A stretch of 64,000 bases of DNA. Source: Takakia lepidozioides (lineage: Eukaryota; Plantae; Bryophyta). Made by a program: the position numbers and the translations under genes. Positions 1-13,600 of the stretch are shown in pieces. A model generated the notes under the pieces. It worked only from the letters and a program-made list of their open reading frames with translations. It ran no database searches and was not told the DNA's origin. Within the stretch, counting starts at the first letter, position 1. Each line of letters begins with the position of its first letter. The stretch spans positions 68,572,001 through 68,636,000 of the forward strand of contig CM060733.1 of assembly GCA_030704615.1 (NCBI GenBank), read 5' to 3'.

Positions 1-365
1 GCCGACTCCTTGTCAGAAACTTCAAAGGTATAATCCACAGGGTAGTTTGGCAGACAACGCTAACGCGTACTAACGGAATCAAACGCCCATCACTTGCGTG
101 CACTTATGAGAGTTTGTACATTGTGTGCAGACCCAGCCAGCATGTAAACCCATTCCTCCTTGATCTCTACCCGTTTGTGAGTCTCAAGGACGTCGTTGCG
201 GCCTTCGTCGCCAACCACCAACAACGCATTCTGTCATTTCTTACAAACACCTTTCAACGGTAAATAATAAGAGCGAGGCACCCGTGCAACGCACTCTAGT
301 GTCACATGGTCTGTCAATCCCGGAATCAAGGAGTTGTCCTTCGACTAGTCCTCTGGCTCTGCCAT
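1..365 (-). pseudogene. F-box/kelch-repeat protein pseudogene (5' part; runs off window)
   Basis: Manual translation from ATG 365: MAEPED*SKDNSLIPGLTDHVTLECVARVPRSYYLPLKGVCKK*...EEWVYM...K*WAFDSVSTR*RCLPNYPVDYTFEVSDKES. This has an F-box (LIPGL..V.LEC.ARVP) and the WxAFD/SDKES motifs of plant F-box/kelch proteins, with four in-frame stops. Confidence 0.85.
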
Positions 366-656
366 TGCTAGAATTCCATTTTATTTATGATTTCTTACTA
401 TGATTTCGTACTAAACTTCATAAAATATATACTAATGTACATAAAATGTGCTATTCTAAATTATGATCCGAAAAAGTGATCGACATATATGGCGACCAAT
501 GGGGAACACTCGCCCCGAGTGTGAAAGAACCCAAAATCTCTGGTTGCACACTTTAAACTGAAATCTAACAATTACACGACTTAGTGGCTGTACAACTGTA
601 CATTGTTTTGACATAAGACTTTTTATCAAAGAAAGAGAAACAGATCACAAAGTTTT

Positions 657-1213
657 AAAACCATCCACTCGCCCTCTACAGAGAGAGTTTGAGTCCCCTG
701 AGCACAAATCCAGATAATAAGTTTGTAAAACCATCCCCTCTCCCTCTTCGGAGAGAGTTTGAGTCCCAGATAAAAAACATTTCAAACCCATCCATTCTCC
801 CCCACCGGACTGGGCTTGAATCCCCTAGATATGATGTGTCAGATTGGTTTTCAATTCTACTACGGTCTTGTAAATACTTTGAGCCTATGTTCGTATATCA
901 GTGGGAAATGATTGGATACTTTCTGCACCTCCGGGGACCACACTCTGGCCATTTCTAAAAATGACATCGACTCGAATAGCAATTTTATTTCTAAGAAAGG
1001 ATCTCGGCTCGAACCCGGCCAGAGCAAATAGCAATGAAAATGATTGGATACTCTTGAACTTCGGAGGACCCTACACCGGAAATAAAAGACGTACCATCTG
1101 TATCTAAAACATGACTCGCATGGACCTCTCATGGATTTCGCAGAGTTCATCGTGAAATTCTTGACTGAAAATGATTGGATACTTTCTGCACCTCAGAGGA
1201 CCACACTCTGGCC
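657..1213. repeat. Local degenerate direct repeats
   Basis: AAAACCATCC...GAGAGAGTTTGAGTCCC at 657-697 and 727-767. AAATGATTGGATACTTTCTGCACCTC..GGACCACACTCTGGCC at 906-950 and 1168-1213, with a diverged copy near 1037. Confidence 0.75.
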
Positions 1214-2246
1214 TGACACACCATTTTTAACTAACTACTAGAAAAGAGGTCACAGGCCTTTGTGGTTTTCCTGTGCCTGACATCATTCACTCAAGGAGGG
1301 GAGCAGCAACCACCGCTCTACAATCTCTCCTTTTACCCCCTCACGGTTTTGTGATTTTTCTCTCTCTATGAGGAATACTGCAGCGGGGTAGAGATATTGA
1401 CAATAGGTTGGAAGGGAGGGTACAAGGTTAGAGATCCATGTTCAGGAAGTCGCAGTGTTCCATGCAGGGAACATCAGTATACTGGCAGAGTGTTCGTTGC
1501 AGCAAACACTATATATGCACATGAGATATGATTCGGAACTGAAGCGCCTCAGTGGGCATGCATTTTTACAAAATGATCGACAATAATGCAGGTGACATGT
1601 GGATGCAAAAACTGACGTCATTTTCAAACCCTGCACAAGATTAATTTTCACTTTGTACATTGTTAAGAATGAACGGACAACCAATTTAAAGAGATACAAA
1701 GGTAGAGAGAATATCGTCGTTACCCTTTCTAAAATTTGAACTGATGATGATCGGTAAAATACCCCACCGTCATTTCTGTTTCGTCCAGCATCAAACCAAA
1801 AGTGAAATTCCACTGCCTTGCTTCCATTCAAGCTCCACTCTTGACTAGAAAAGATTAGGGCAAGACATACCTATGCTTACTCTGGAACTGGTCACACATT
1901 ATAATGCCTCGTATTCCATTTACTCTGTTTGGAAACCACTCCCCCCTCAAGGTCTCCAGCTGCAAAGAACCATTGTCGAAGACTTCATGTACCACATACG
2001 GACATCAATTCTCTATAATTTTTGTAGTCATTCCTTTCCGCTTTGATAAGAGGAGAAATAAACGTACTTTCAAGGAAGGAGATTTGGTAATGGTGTTTGA
2101 CAGCAAGAATGAAACTTCAAAGCGAAATTCGACTCTTTGTGACCATGGACACATAAATTGTGGCTGCCATGCTCCCAAGAAATCCTACCATAAACGGCCA
2201 TTTTTCTTTGGAACTCATGTGTAGAAATTGAGTTTTGGGCCCTTTT

Positions 2247-2893
2247 TGTCGCGGCCCTTTGCCTTGAGGGCAGGGGGTCGGGACACAAGAGGGGCTGCCC
2301 TTGTGGTGGGGGCAGTGGCAGCGATAGGTATGGGGGGCTGAAGCACCCTTGAGTGCCCAAGGCACTCAAGGAGGCGGAGGCGCTCACTAGGTGGAGCCCC
2401 GCACACTGGGTTGCGGTGGGGGTGGCTCCACAAGGGGTGGTGGTAGCTTAGCGGGACTTAGTGGGGGTGGCATAGGACTCACCCTGGGGCGGAGACCTCG
2501 TGGTGGGAGTCGTGGGGAGTCTTGGGACTCATCACGGTCCATAGGGGCCGTGGTGGGTGGGCCAAGACTCACCGCGACTCATCACCGGGAGTCGAGGGCA
2601 TTCGTGGTGGTTCGCCATAAAATGGCATGGTTGTTTGTGAAACCCCCGCGGACAGCTACAGAAGTATATATAGGGAGTAGTAACCCTGAGAACGGTGCAA
2701 GCCCGAATTCCGCTGAGTCCAAATCGTTGGAGGGTTCTTTGGGAGATCAAAGGGGGACCGTTATGCCCCGGTGAGCAGCCGGAGCTCCAAGTTGGCCCGG
2801 CGGCCAGGTTGGGAGTTAGGCGCGTGCATCAAGCGAGTAACTATGACTTGAGGGGGGGGGGGGGGGGAGTTTACCGAAGTGAGGTGCGCAACA
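2247..2893 (+). repeat. 5' LTR of copy 1
   Basis: TGTCGCGG...GCGCAACA; about 90 bp deleted near 2705 relative to the 3' LTR. Confidence 0.95.
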
Positions 2894-2895
2894 CT

Positions 2896-2907
2896 TGGTA
2901 TCAGAGC
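2896..2907 (+). promoter_or_regulatory. Primer-binding site (initiator tRNA-Met)
   Basis: TGGTATCAGAGC, 2 nt after the LTR end. Confidence 0.92.
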
Positions 2908-2910
2908 TGG

Positions 2911-5900
2911 TTGAGTGACGAGGATCGTGTGGAAGTGGCTCCCACCTATTTGAGGGTCTATGCTCAACAATGGTGGCAGAAACGCCTTCACGACCGAGGT
3001 CCAAGCCCGGAAACCTTGAACTGGAGTGGGTTCAAGGAATTGATGAAGAGGCAGTTTGTGCCCCTCAACGCGTCCTGGCTCGCCCGGGACAAGATGAGGA
3101 ATTTGAAGCAAACAAATGACATTCGGGGATATGTCCAGGCTTTCAATGTGCTGTTGCTTGAAATCGCGGACATGGCAGAACCAGAAATGGTCTTCAACTT
3201 TGTGGCGGGACTAGCCCCATGGGCCAGCCTGAAGTTGGAGGAAAAGCCACCTAAGACTTTGAACGAGGCAATTGAGAGGGCTGAATGTTTCTCGGATGTC
3301 CCTAAGGGTGAAAGACAAGGCCGTACGGAGCTTAACCACAAGAAGACCCGGCAGGAAGGTGACTCCTTCCGACCGGAAAAGAAGTGGGATAGGCCACGCG
3401 GTGACAATGGCACGTGGAAATCGAAGGGAGGGCCTTCACAAGTCAAGGCGGCACCCGGTGCTTCGAAAAGAAAAGCGGGTGGAGCGGCCTATGGCGGACA
3501 GAAGGCGACCTTTGATGGAGTGTGTTTCAATTGCGGGGAGCCCGGGCACATGGCCAAGAAGTGCACGAAGCCCCGACAATTGAACATGACTCGGGCGACC
3601 ACAGAGCTGTCGGAAGATACCATCAGTCGTTTGGTGGAAGCGGTGGTCGCCAGGACTTGCAAGGTAGGCAAATTTTCTTGTGAGTTGTATCAGGAAACTG
3701 ACGCCTTACGTAAAGGGAGTCAGTTATTGTTCGTGGATGGGATAATATCCGGAACTAATGTGTCGTTGTTGGTGGACACAGGAGCGTCGCACTCCTTCAT
3801 GACACCGGCAACGGCATAAAAGCTGGGACTCTCGACAAGTGACGTGGGGGCCTTTATTGAGGTGCGTTCTGCCAAAGGAGAACCGCAATTGACGACAAGG
3901 TTGGCGTTTGATGTTCCTCTTCAACTGGGGAGTTGGGAGGGATGTGAGAACTTCACCATCTGCGAGATCGATGGAATGGATCTCATTTTGGGGATAACCT
4001 TTTTGAGCAAATCCGGAGCGGTCATAGATGGCCGCAAGAGAGTAGTCACGCTGCCATGTGGGAATGGTGGTGAGGTCTTATGAGTGTCGGAAACGCCCAA
4101 TCCCGTGGGAGGGAGAATAAACCTTCTGTCAGCAAGGGAGTGGGCCGTGGAGGAGGCACACGAGCCCCAATTTTTGCTCTTCATTAGAGAAGTGAAGGGA
4201 GAAGGCGATGGGGAGCCGAGCCCAGATTGGATCAAGGGGATTTTGGAGAAATACCAGGATGTGATGCCGGAGGATTTACCAAGCGGATTGCCACCGCGAA
4301 GAGGAGTTGACCACAAGATTGAGGTGATACCGGGATCGGAACCGCCTGCCAAGGCGCCCTACCGGTTGAGCCACAGAGAGTTGGTCGAGCTGAAGACTCA
4401 GCTCAAAGATCTAATGTCAAAGGGGTACATCCGGCCGAGTAAGTCACCTTACGGAGCCCCGGTGCTATTCGCAGACAAGAAGGATGGGACGCTGCGGATG
4501 TGTGTTGATTACAGGGCTTTGAATAAGGTGACTATCAAAAACCGGTACCCTTTGCCAAGGATCGACGACCTTTTCAATCGGTTGGCAGGAGCGAAGTATT
4601 TCAGCCGGATCGATCTGCGCTCCGGCTATCATCAAATTCGAGTCGCGGAAGGAGATGATGAGAAGACCGCGCGCAGGACAAGATATGGTTCATATGAGTT
4701 CTTGGTGATGCCTTTTGGACTCACCAATGCTCCCGCGACCTTTAGCACGCTGATGAACAGCCTTTTCCAAGAGTGGTTGGATGACTTTGTGATCGTGTAC
4801 ATCGACGACATCTTGGTGTATTCGAAAACAAAGGAGGAGCACCTGGAGCACCTCAAAAGGGTGTTCCAGAAATTGCAGGAAGGGAAGCTGTATGCCAAAG
4901 CTTCAAAGTGCGAATTCGGGGTCACAAAAGTGGAGTTCCTGGGGCATGTGATTACACAGGATGGGATCAAAATGGATGACAGGAAGGTGAGGGCAATCTT
5001 GGACTGGGAGCCTCCAACTTCGGTCCCGGGAGTGCGATCCTTCCTAGGACTCGCCTCCTATTACCGGAAGTATGTGAGAAATTTTGCCAAGATCGCGGGG
5101 CCGCTGTCAAACCTTCTGTGTAAATCCAAAGACTGGGCATGGAACACCTTTTGTGGCCAAGCTTTTGCTGAATTGAAGCAGCGGATGGCAGAAGCTCCAG
5201 TCTTGAAAATCCCGGAGTTCGATCGTCCGTTCGAGATTCATACAGATGCGTCGGACTTCGCGATTGGGGGTGTACTGATGCAAGATGGACGTCCAGTGGC
5301 TTACAAAAGTAAGAAACTGAATGAAGTGGAGCGACGGTGGCCGACGCACGAGAAAGAGATGAAGGCGGTGGTGCACTGTCTTGAGCTTTGGCGCCACTAT
5401 GTTGGTTCCAACCCAGTGAAGGTGTTCACGGACAATGTCACGGTGAAGTATTTTGCCACGCAGCCCAAATTGTCCCCAAAACAACTTAGGTGGCAAGATA
5501 CTTTGGCGGTGTTCGACGTGGATATCCAGTACAAACCGGGACGGGACAACGTGGTGGCCGATGCTTTAAGTAGAAAGCAGCAGCTTATGTTGGTGTACAG
5601 GGCGAGACGGCGCTCCAAAGGAAGATCCGGAAGGCTTGCCGGAAGGATGAGCTGGCGAAGTCCGTGATGCAGGACTTGAGGATGGGGGTTAAATCGTAGT
5701 TCCACTTGCAAAATGGACTGCTCCGGTATAAGCAAAAGCGTCTCTACGTGCCGAAGGGGGGGATCAGAGATAGCCTCTTGAGAGAATGCCATGATAGCCC
5801 GCTTGCGGGCCACGGCGGAGCCAAGCGCACTGCGGCACTCTTGAAGAAAGAGTATTTCTGGCCCAAACTGAGGGAGGAGGCAGAGGAGTATGTCAAGACA

Positions 5901-7057
5901 TGCACCACATGCCAACAAAACCGGAGCGAGTACAAAAAGCAAGCGGGGCTGTTACAACCCTTGCCGATTCCAGAGGGGACTTGGGAAAGCGTCTCGATGG
6001 ATTTCATGACTGCTATGCCGCTGTCAAAAGGATTCGATTCAATCATGGTGGTGGTGGATAGGTTCAGTAAAATGGGCCATTTCATCACCACCAAGGAGAC
6101 GACAACGGCGCAGGAAACAAGATGACTTTACTTCGCCCACGTCTTAAAGCATAATGGAGTCCCGAAGGATATTGTCTCGGACCGCGATCCAAAGTTTACG
6201 AGTAAATTTTGGAGGGCACTTTGAAAGAAGATGGGGACGAGGCTGAAGATGAGCACCGCGTTCCGACCTACGACCGACGGCCAAACGGAAAGAGTGAATT
6301 CCGTAGCAGATCTTGCGGAATTACGTGTCGGCAGACCAAACAGACTGGGTGGAACACTTAGACGCGGCAGAGTTCTGTTATAATAACACAGAACACTCCG
6401 CAACGAGAGTTTCCCCTTTCGTATTGGTCTATGTAAAAGCACATTTGGTGCCGACAAGTTGGGCCGCCCAGGATTTTGAGGAACCGGCAGTAGCGGCGGT
6501 AATGGAAGAACGCGAGCGTTTGTTGAAGCTCGCAAAGTACAACATTGCCAAAGCTAGGAAACGGTATGAAAAGCAGGCGAATCGGAAGCAGAGGGAAGTG
6601 AAGTTTGAGGCAGGCACGGAGGTCTGGTTGAACATCAAGAATTTCCGACTATCTTCGGAAGTAAGTCCAAAGTTCGTACCTCCGTATGCGGGACCCTTTC
6701 GCATCCGGAAGGTTATGAATGAGGATGTGTATGAATTGGAGCTGCCGGCAAACAACAAGGTGCATCCAGTATTCCACGTCTCCCTTTTGAAGCCTTACTT
6801 CAAAGATGAAGCGCGTCCGAATCGGCATCAAGTGTTGCGTCCGCCACCTGTGCTGTTAGATCATGAAATGAACCTGAGTACGAGGTAGAGGCAGTACTTA
6901 AGTCGAGGAGGTTCAAGAACCGATAAACGGAGTATCTCGTCAAATGAAGGGCTATCATCATGTGGAGGTATCTTGGGTGCGTGCCTCAGAAATGGGAAAC
7001 GCATCCGAGGCGGTTGCAATTTTCGAAGGGCGACCTCAAAAGCGGAAGAAGCATTGA
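2911..7057 (+). pseudogene. Disrupted gag-pol of copy 1
   Basis: Zn knuckle CFNCGEPGHMAKKC, protease LVDTGAS, RT YIDDIL, RH TDASDF, INT SMDFM and GPF motif, chromodomain remnant. Contains stops and frameshifts; the gag 5' end is deleted. Confidence 0.93.
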
Positions 7058-7963
7058 TGGGGACATCAACCTTGGAGCGTGGGGGAGGAAATGCATGCTT
7101 AGCCCGGCTTAGCTAGCTTAGGAATCCGATTGCAAAAACTTGTATTGTACAAAAATTTGTTATAAAGGAAATGGGTTCCAAATGTTGTGCGTCCTATTTT
7201 GTTTGGAATGGTGATGCATGGTGTGGTTGGCTAGTGTGTAGAATGCATGCTAGCTTACAAAAGTGGGAGAGGTAAATTAGGTTAATCGTGTGTTTGCGCA
7301 GTGCCAAAATCGGGTGGCTCCCATCCAAGGGGCAAGGAAACTTGCGCTTTCTTTAGTAGTTCACGTGCTAGTGCGCACCTGGCGCGTGCGCATACTATAA
7401 CTGCGCTACCGAGGGGGTTGCTTTGTAGTGCGGGCTAACGCGGAAGCTACGTGCTTCCGTTCACGTACTATAATCGTGTAGCCTCGGGACGAAGTCGTAG
7501 TGCGGCTTGGGCGTGTTCCGTACCTCAGGCCAGCATTCCAAGGCGGACCCAATTGTAGTGATTGGGGCGCGCGGTTGGTTCAAGGTTATCTTCCTAGTCA
7601 AAGAGGGTTCGAGGTGAACCCTTGCTCAAGGTGATGCCAAAAGCGGCATCATGAGCGGTCGCAAGCAATGTTGTTGCAGTAAGGCGATTCGATCCTCGGG
7701 GAGGATCGTTCCTTGGCCTTGAAGTAGGCCAAGAAGAGTGCACTGGGAGGAGCTTGAGAGGCTCCACCCTTGGCCGGGACTTGGAGGAAGTCGGCCGAAC
7801 TAGCTAGTGGACAGTAGAGTCAAGTGTGGGGTTTGGTTCTTTGCCATGGGACGCCATGGTATGGAAACAAACTCCTTGATGTGGGACGCCACAACTTGGA
7901 TGTTCGTTTCCACAAAAATGGACAAGCCGATGAGGACATCGACTCCCTGTTGGTAGGGGTGTG

Positions 7964-8688
7964 TGTCGCGGCCCTTGGCCTTGAGGGCAGGGGGGTCGGG
8001 ACAAAAGAGGGGTTGCCCCTATGGTGGGGGCAGTGGCAGCGATAGGTATGGGGGGCTGAAGCACCCTTGAGTGCCCAAGGCACTCAAGGAGGCGGAGGCG
8101 CTCACTAGGTGGAGCCCCGCACACCGGGTTGCGGTGGGGGTGGCTCCACAAGGGGTGGTGGTAGCTTAGCGGGACTTAGTGGGGATGGCATAGGACTCAC
8201 CCTGGGGCGGAGACCTCGTGGTGGGAGTCGTGGGGAGTCTTGGGACTCATCACGGTCCATAGGGGCCGTGGTGGGTGGGCCAAGACTCACCGCGACTCAT
8301 CACCGGGAGTCGAGGGCATTCGTGGTGGTTCCATAAAATGGCATGGTTGTTTGTGAAACCCCGCGGACAGCTACAGAAGTATATATAGGGAGTAGTAACC
8401 CCGAGAACGGTGCAAGCCCGTTGGTGACCAAAAACTAGTGAGTAAGCGAGCGAGCCGGAAAGCGACCAAAGAGTGGGGAGCTGTTCCGGACTGCCAACTA
8501 CCAAAGGGAATTCCCCTGGTTCCAAATCGTTGGAGGGTTCTTTGGGAGAAAATGGGGACCGTTATGCCCCGGTGAGCAGCCGGAGCTCCAAGTTGGCCCG
8601 GCGGCCAGGTTGGGAGTTAGGCGCGCGCATCAAGCGAGTAACTATGACTTGAGGGGGGGGGGAGTTTACCGAAGTGAGGTGCGCAACA
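7964..8688 (+). repeat. 3' LTR of copy 1
   Basis: Direct repeat of 2247-2893, preceded by TGGTAGGGGTGTG. Confidence 0.95.
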
Positions 8689-10665
8689 CTTTTAGTGCAA
8701 AGAAGGCTCCCATGATGAAGATGCAGCCAAGTGTGAAACAAATGGCAAATTTTTGAGGCATCAGTGCCATGCCTGACATGAACATTGTGAATACTATCAA
8801 GATGAAGAAAACATCTGTTGCGGTCAGCTGAGGTTCTAGCTTTATCATTCTTGGAGGTTCATTTCCTACGGACATGTCTATCATCTGGGTCTTCGATTCA
8901 GAAGTGAATTCTGATTCTGTGATTTGATCTGCCAATGCAGGAGTATTCGTTCGTTGTAGGTAGGGAATGGACGGATCACATGTCTCAACACGTCTTGTAC
9001 TAATTCATCTTCGTCAATGAGTCTGAGATCAAGGATCTCTTGGTTTTCGTCCTGAGGGAAAGTGCTATTATCCATGCTAACTCGGTCAGAGTTGATTGTG
9101 AACAACTCTACCAAAATCCCTCTCTCTGAAAATGGTAGTTCCATACCTGTAATGGTCTTTCCTTCCACATGAATCACATTCACGGTTTCTTCCCTACCAT
9201 ATAACCACTCAAGACAATCGGAATCAGAGTTACATTCATACAACCCTAGGCCTAATGACTTGACCACATCCCCCAACAAGTTCTTCCCCTCATCAATCAT
9301 CTTGGGTCTTTTAGGTACCCAAGGCGTAGTTATCACTCTGTTGATTTGCACTTCAGGTTCTTCTTCAGTACGAAGATCTTCCTCACTCAAATCTTTCGAC
9401 TCCTCATCTGATCCTATTGCACCGAATTCATCTTCATCAGTTAAGACCTTGGGTACAAATGAGAGGAATGACACTGTCACACTATTGGGTTTGACCCCAT
9501 AAGTGATGGTTCCCTTAGCCCAGTCTGTTTATGCTTGAGTCTGAACCAACCATGGTCTGCCCAACAGTAATGCATACGAGTATCCATCTGACGGAAACTC
9601 AATGACTTGGAAGTCCATTGTGTATGCAGAACCCCCGGATTGCATCTGAAGATTGGAAATTTGACCCACTGGCCTCATTCTTCGCTGATCTGCCAATCAG
9701 ATAATCAAGATAAGTACTTAGATATGAAGGTTGGTTTTGAATATAACTTGAGGGGCTTATCGGTTAGTGATTTCACTGGCGCATTCGAGGTTGGGGTTTC
9801 AAATTCCAGTAGCCACACTACTTCCCTGTAGTTGGTTTTGATTCTCTTCTTTTATTTTGGTTATATTAATATTGTTTGTTGGGCCGATCTTTTCCTTAGA
9901 ATGATCTAATTGATTATATATTCTTGACTCACCTAAATTAATGGGGACTAGTTAAAACTAAGTAAATCAATATCCCTATCTTTTAAAAGTAAATATATAC
10001 ATAAAATCCTTCAGAAAGAAAACAAATAATTAAGTTGGTTGGTTGAAATTAAATTTTGTTGTTTGCTTAATAATTAATATTTACACTAGGCTATCTCTTT
10101 ATATATACTATATTATATTATATCTAAAAATCATAATTATTTATCCCGAAGTAATTATACATTCGCTTATATTTAGAGAGATTGTGTTTTCGTAAATCCG
10201 TAAAAGGGATGCGGAGAACTAAACGGGGGTTACAAGGAAAAACGCAAAACTTAGAAAATAGAAAATTTATAAAAAAACAAGAGAACCCTTTGAGAGCTAG
10301 GCGGCGGAACCAAGAAAAGGCTCTGTATGTATAAACGAACCCCTAATTAAAGTATGCAACTGTTAATGGGGTGCATTAATGGTTGGAAAATTTTTGGGTG
10401 CGAGTGCCGGGATGAAAGGACTAGCTCCTTTGAATTTCTTTAAAAAATCTTGTAGGGTTTTGATGATAATACCCTAAGGAATATCTCAACGATTGAAAAT
10501 GGCTGTGAAGAAAGAAAAATGGTAGCAACAACAGGATGTCAGGCTTGTGTCATTTGAGAGAACAGTACAAATAACATTACCACACCATCTCCTCGTGTCA
10601 ATTAGGGGATGAGAGCCTTGATAGTATAGGCGACGCTAACAAGATAAGCCAAGTATCGAAAATGA

Positions 10666-13600
10666 ATGTCGAATCCTGCTTCTAGTTCCCATCACAGTCC
10701 TAGTATAGATTCCGGAGAGACAGATCCTAGACTTAGACGTAGAATATTTCGTGCAGCAATTAGAGAAAGATTTTTTCAATTACCTAAAAGTACAGTTCAA
10801 GTAACAACATCTGAAGAAGAAACAGAAGAGACTTCGGTTAATCAACCTATAGATCACCTGAATATAGATTTGAACGGACAGGACTCTGAAGGTTCTGAAT
10901 CTTCAGTATCTCTCCACCTTTAAGCCCAACCAGGACCCAGTAGTCCAGCGTCTAATCCACCACTGAGCCCAGGAGGTCCAGTGGCGCAGCCACCAGCTTC
11001 AATGGGTAACCAATGGCGCAGCCATAACCACCACAGGCACGGCCGGCAACGGCGCCTCCACCAGCACCGCTTGCTCCGAATATCCTAATCGTGGTGCCAG
11101 CGGGGTTGGCTCCATTGCCACTACAAGGTCATTTGCCTTGGTTTTCTGGTGAACCACATGAAAACCCTGAATATCATGTCAAAATTTTTGTCCAAAGTTG
11201 TTACTCCAATCAGGCTTTGGATGATGCTTATTGGTTGATCTGGTTCTCTACGACTTTAAGGGGTAGGGGCGTTGAATTTGGTATTGGCAGCAAAACGGGG
11301 GGTCATTTCAACAATGGGCTCAATTTGGGATGCCTTCTCAAATCATTTTCAAAGCAGAGTACTCAGTTTACAAGTGTTCTTATGGCCCTTGCTAGGATCA
11401 GACAGGGACCAAATGAGGAAGTTGCTGATTTTGAGACGCGTTTCAAAGAGCTAATGCGATTACAAAAGCCTCTAACACCCTTGGATGATGGGGTTCTGAA
11501 ATATTGCTTTCTGAGTGGGTTACGAGAGGATGAGGAGATTCACTTGTTGTGTTGCAACAGAGACCTGCTACATTAGCAGATGCGATCACTTCAGGGAAAG
11601 AACATGACAACATGCATCGTCAGGTTCAACATGCGAAGATGCCGGAGATGGCACTTCCTTCATTACATTGCGGTTATTAATCAACGCTTGCAGTTTCTGG
11701 GGACACCTTCCCCGCCCTATTATAGCCGACAATGTCTGGAGGGATGGTTCCTGCTGCCTTGATGACATCTGCAATGCCTTTGGTGGCTACCACCACCCCC
11801 TCAAACCCAGCAAGGCACTTTCAGTCAGTTCCTGCTTAATCATATACGGGATCCACTAGCAATGATCGGATAGGACGTTTTGAGGAACGACTAACATCTG
11901 TGTTGAGAGCTGTTGAGTCCATGGGGGATAGAGTTAGTGCCCATTGGTCAGCAGGTTTCAGTTATGTCCATCACAGGGATACTCAGGTTCCATTAGTTGA
12001 GAGGGTCCTAATGCGTCCAAGTATAGTGTTATAATTGTCGAGGGTAGGTCATGATCCCCAAACATGTCCCAACCCGATCCAGGAAAGGGGACCTCCTCTA
12101 TCCCAGAATCTTCCACCAGGACAGGGGTATAGGCCACGAAACCATTATCCGCCATGTGGAAAGTGTGGTCGGTCCAGTCATAGAACAGAAGAAGATTGTT
12201 GGAAAATGATGTCAATGTCTTCATTGTGGTTTATTAGGACATCCTTTGGAGCGCTGTCGAACGAGAAATATTGAGAGGGGCCACAAACCTACAACCCAAG
12301 GGCAGGTGATCAGAATCACGAGGTCAAGAGCGCCATTTCCTGATCAAGGTAATCAAGTGCCTCCGACAAATTTACCACCCCAACACGGGATGTATTTTGC
12401 TCCGAAAATATTACAAAGAGATCCAAATTCCATCCCCCAAAGCAATCTCAATTCAGTAATCAGCCTAGGGTGTCATTTACAAATCCTATGATGCAGGAGA
12501 CGCAAAGTCAGCTTCCATGGCGACTATCTCTTTATGAGAGGAATCAAGGGTCCAATCAAGCATCGACATCCACACAACCTCTTCCACAAGCCGGGAACTT
12601 CCTCTGCGTCCAATCACGCAGAAGTTACCATCGCAACCTAATGTGAATTGGATACACGCTGAGACTGTCAAGCATGCCAAAAGAGGAGGAACATGAGGAG
12701 AACACATGTGTGGTGATGACCTCGCCAACAACGAGAGATGCTGGTACAAGCGGGAAGAAAGAGGTAATTCCAGAGGTTACACCTACTTCATCTTTCGGAC
12801 AAAGAACCAATGGATTGTCAAGTTGTGAGGATGATGTGACAAAAATTGCTACTACTCTTCACAATGAGAATGAAGCCAGTATCAGGAAGGAAAAGTCTGT
12901 GGTATTTGAAGGGAGTGACTCTCCGGGTAAGGTGTCCACTCCGTTGCCGTCACTAGTGATGCGACCCCGAAAGTGTCAACAGTCAAAATAAACTAACACT
13001 ACAGTGAAACGTCCGAAACTTATGAAAAAGAAGTCTATCCCCATGAGATTTTACCGATGAGCTTGAGCACTAGAACTTGATGCATGACCTGCACCAAGTG
13101 CAAGCCAACATTTCAGTAGCTCAGCTGTTGCTCTGCCCCTACAGTCAGACAAGCCTGAAGGCTTCATTGGTCAGGAAAAGACAAGAGAATTTTCCAGTAT
13201 CACATCATGTCAATGCAGAATAGACCCTGGACCAATAGAGATTGAAGTGGAGATTGTAGACTGTTTTATTCAACATGCTTGGTAGATGGTGGAAGCTCGG
13301 TGAACATCATGCCACTCTCCACAATGGAGAGAACTAGGCTTAATATGACTGGTAAATCCCATTGATTATCCGATTGGCAGATCAGCGAAGAAGAATCAGG
13401 CCAGTGGGTCAAATTTCCAATCTTCAAATGCAATCGGGGGTTCTGCATACACAATGGACTTCCAAGTCATTGAATTTCCGTCAGATGGATACTCGTATGC
13501 ATTACTGTTGGGATAGACCATGGTTGGTTCAGGCTCAAGCATGTACAGACTGGGCTAAGGGAACAATCACTTATGGGGTCAAACCCAATAGTGTGACAGT

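Larger units (their letters stand above)
2247..8688 (+). mobile_element. Ty3/gypsy chromovirus (Galadriel-like), copy 1
   Basis: TG...CA LTRs; TSD CTTTT at 2242-2246 and 8689-8693; PBS TGGTATCAGAGC; gag-PR-RT-RH-INT-chromodomain order; purine-rich tract before the 3' LTR. Confidence 0.96.
1408..9708 (-). mobile_element. Partial copy of non-autonomous gypsy-like element (PR remnant, SFT2 fragment, INT C-terminus), interrupted by chromovirus copy 1
   Basis: 1408-2246 plus 8694-9708 is the reverse complement of 13362-15218, apart from a locally inverted 2004-2141 segment. Confidence 0.85.

Noticed and set aside
1233-1246. CACTA TIR-like ACTACTAGAAAA
   Set aside because: The first base is not C and no partner TIR was found.
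2520-2590. Hammerhead ribozyme (TGATGAGTC on the minus strand of the LTR)
   Set aside because: No CUGAUGA with a matching GAAA core or closing helices.
2070-2774. Many short ORFs in LTRs and antisense to pol, repeated in each copy
   Set aside because: Products of GC-rich repeats and shadow frames; their lengths vary by indels between copies.
10390-10412. Athila-type PBS (TTTTTGGGTGCGAGTGCCGGG)
   Set aside because: Too degenerate, with no adjacent CA-ending LTR identified.
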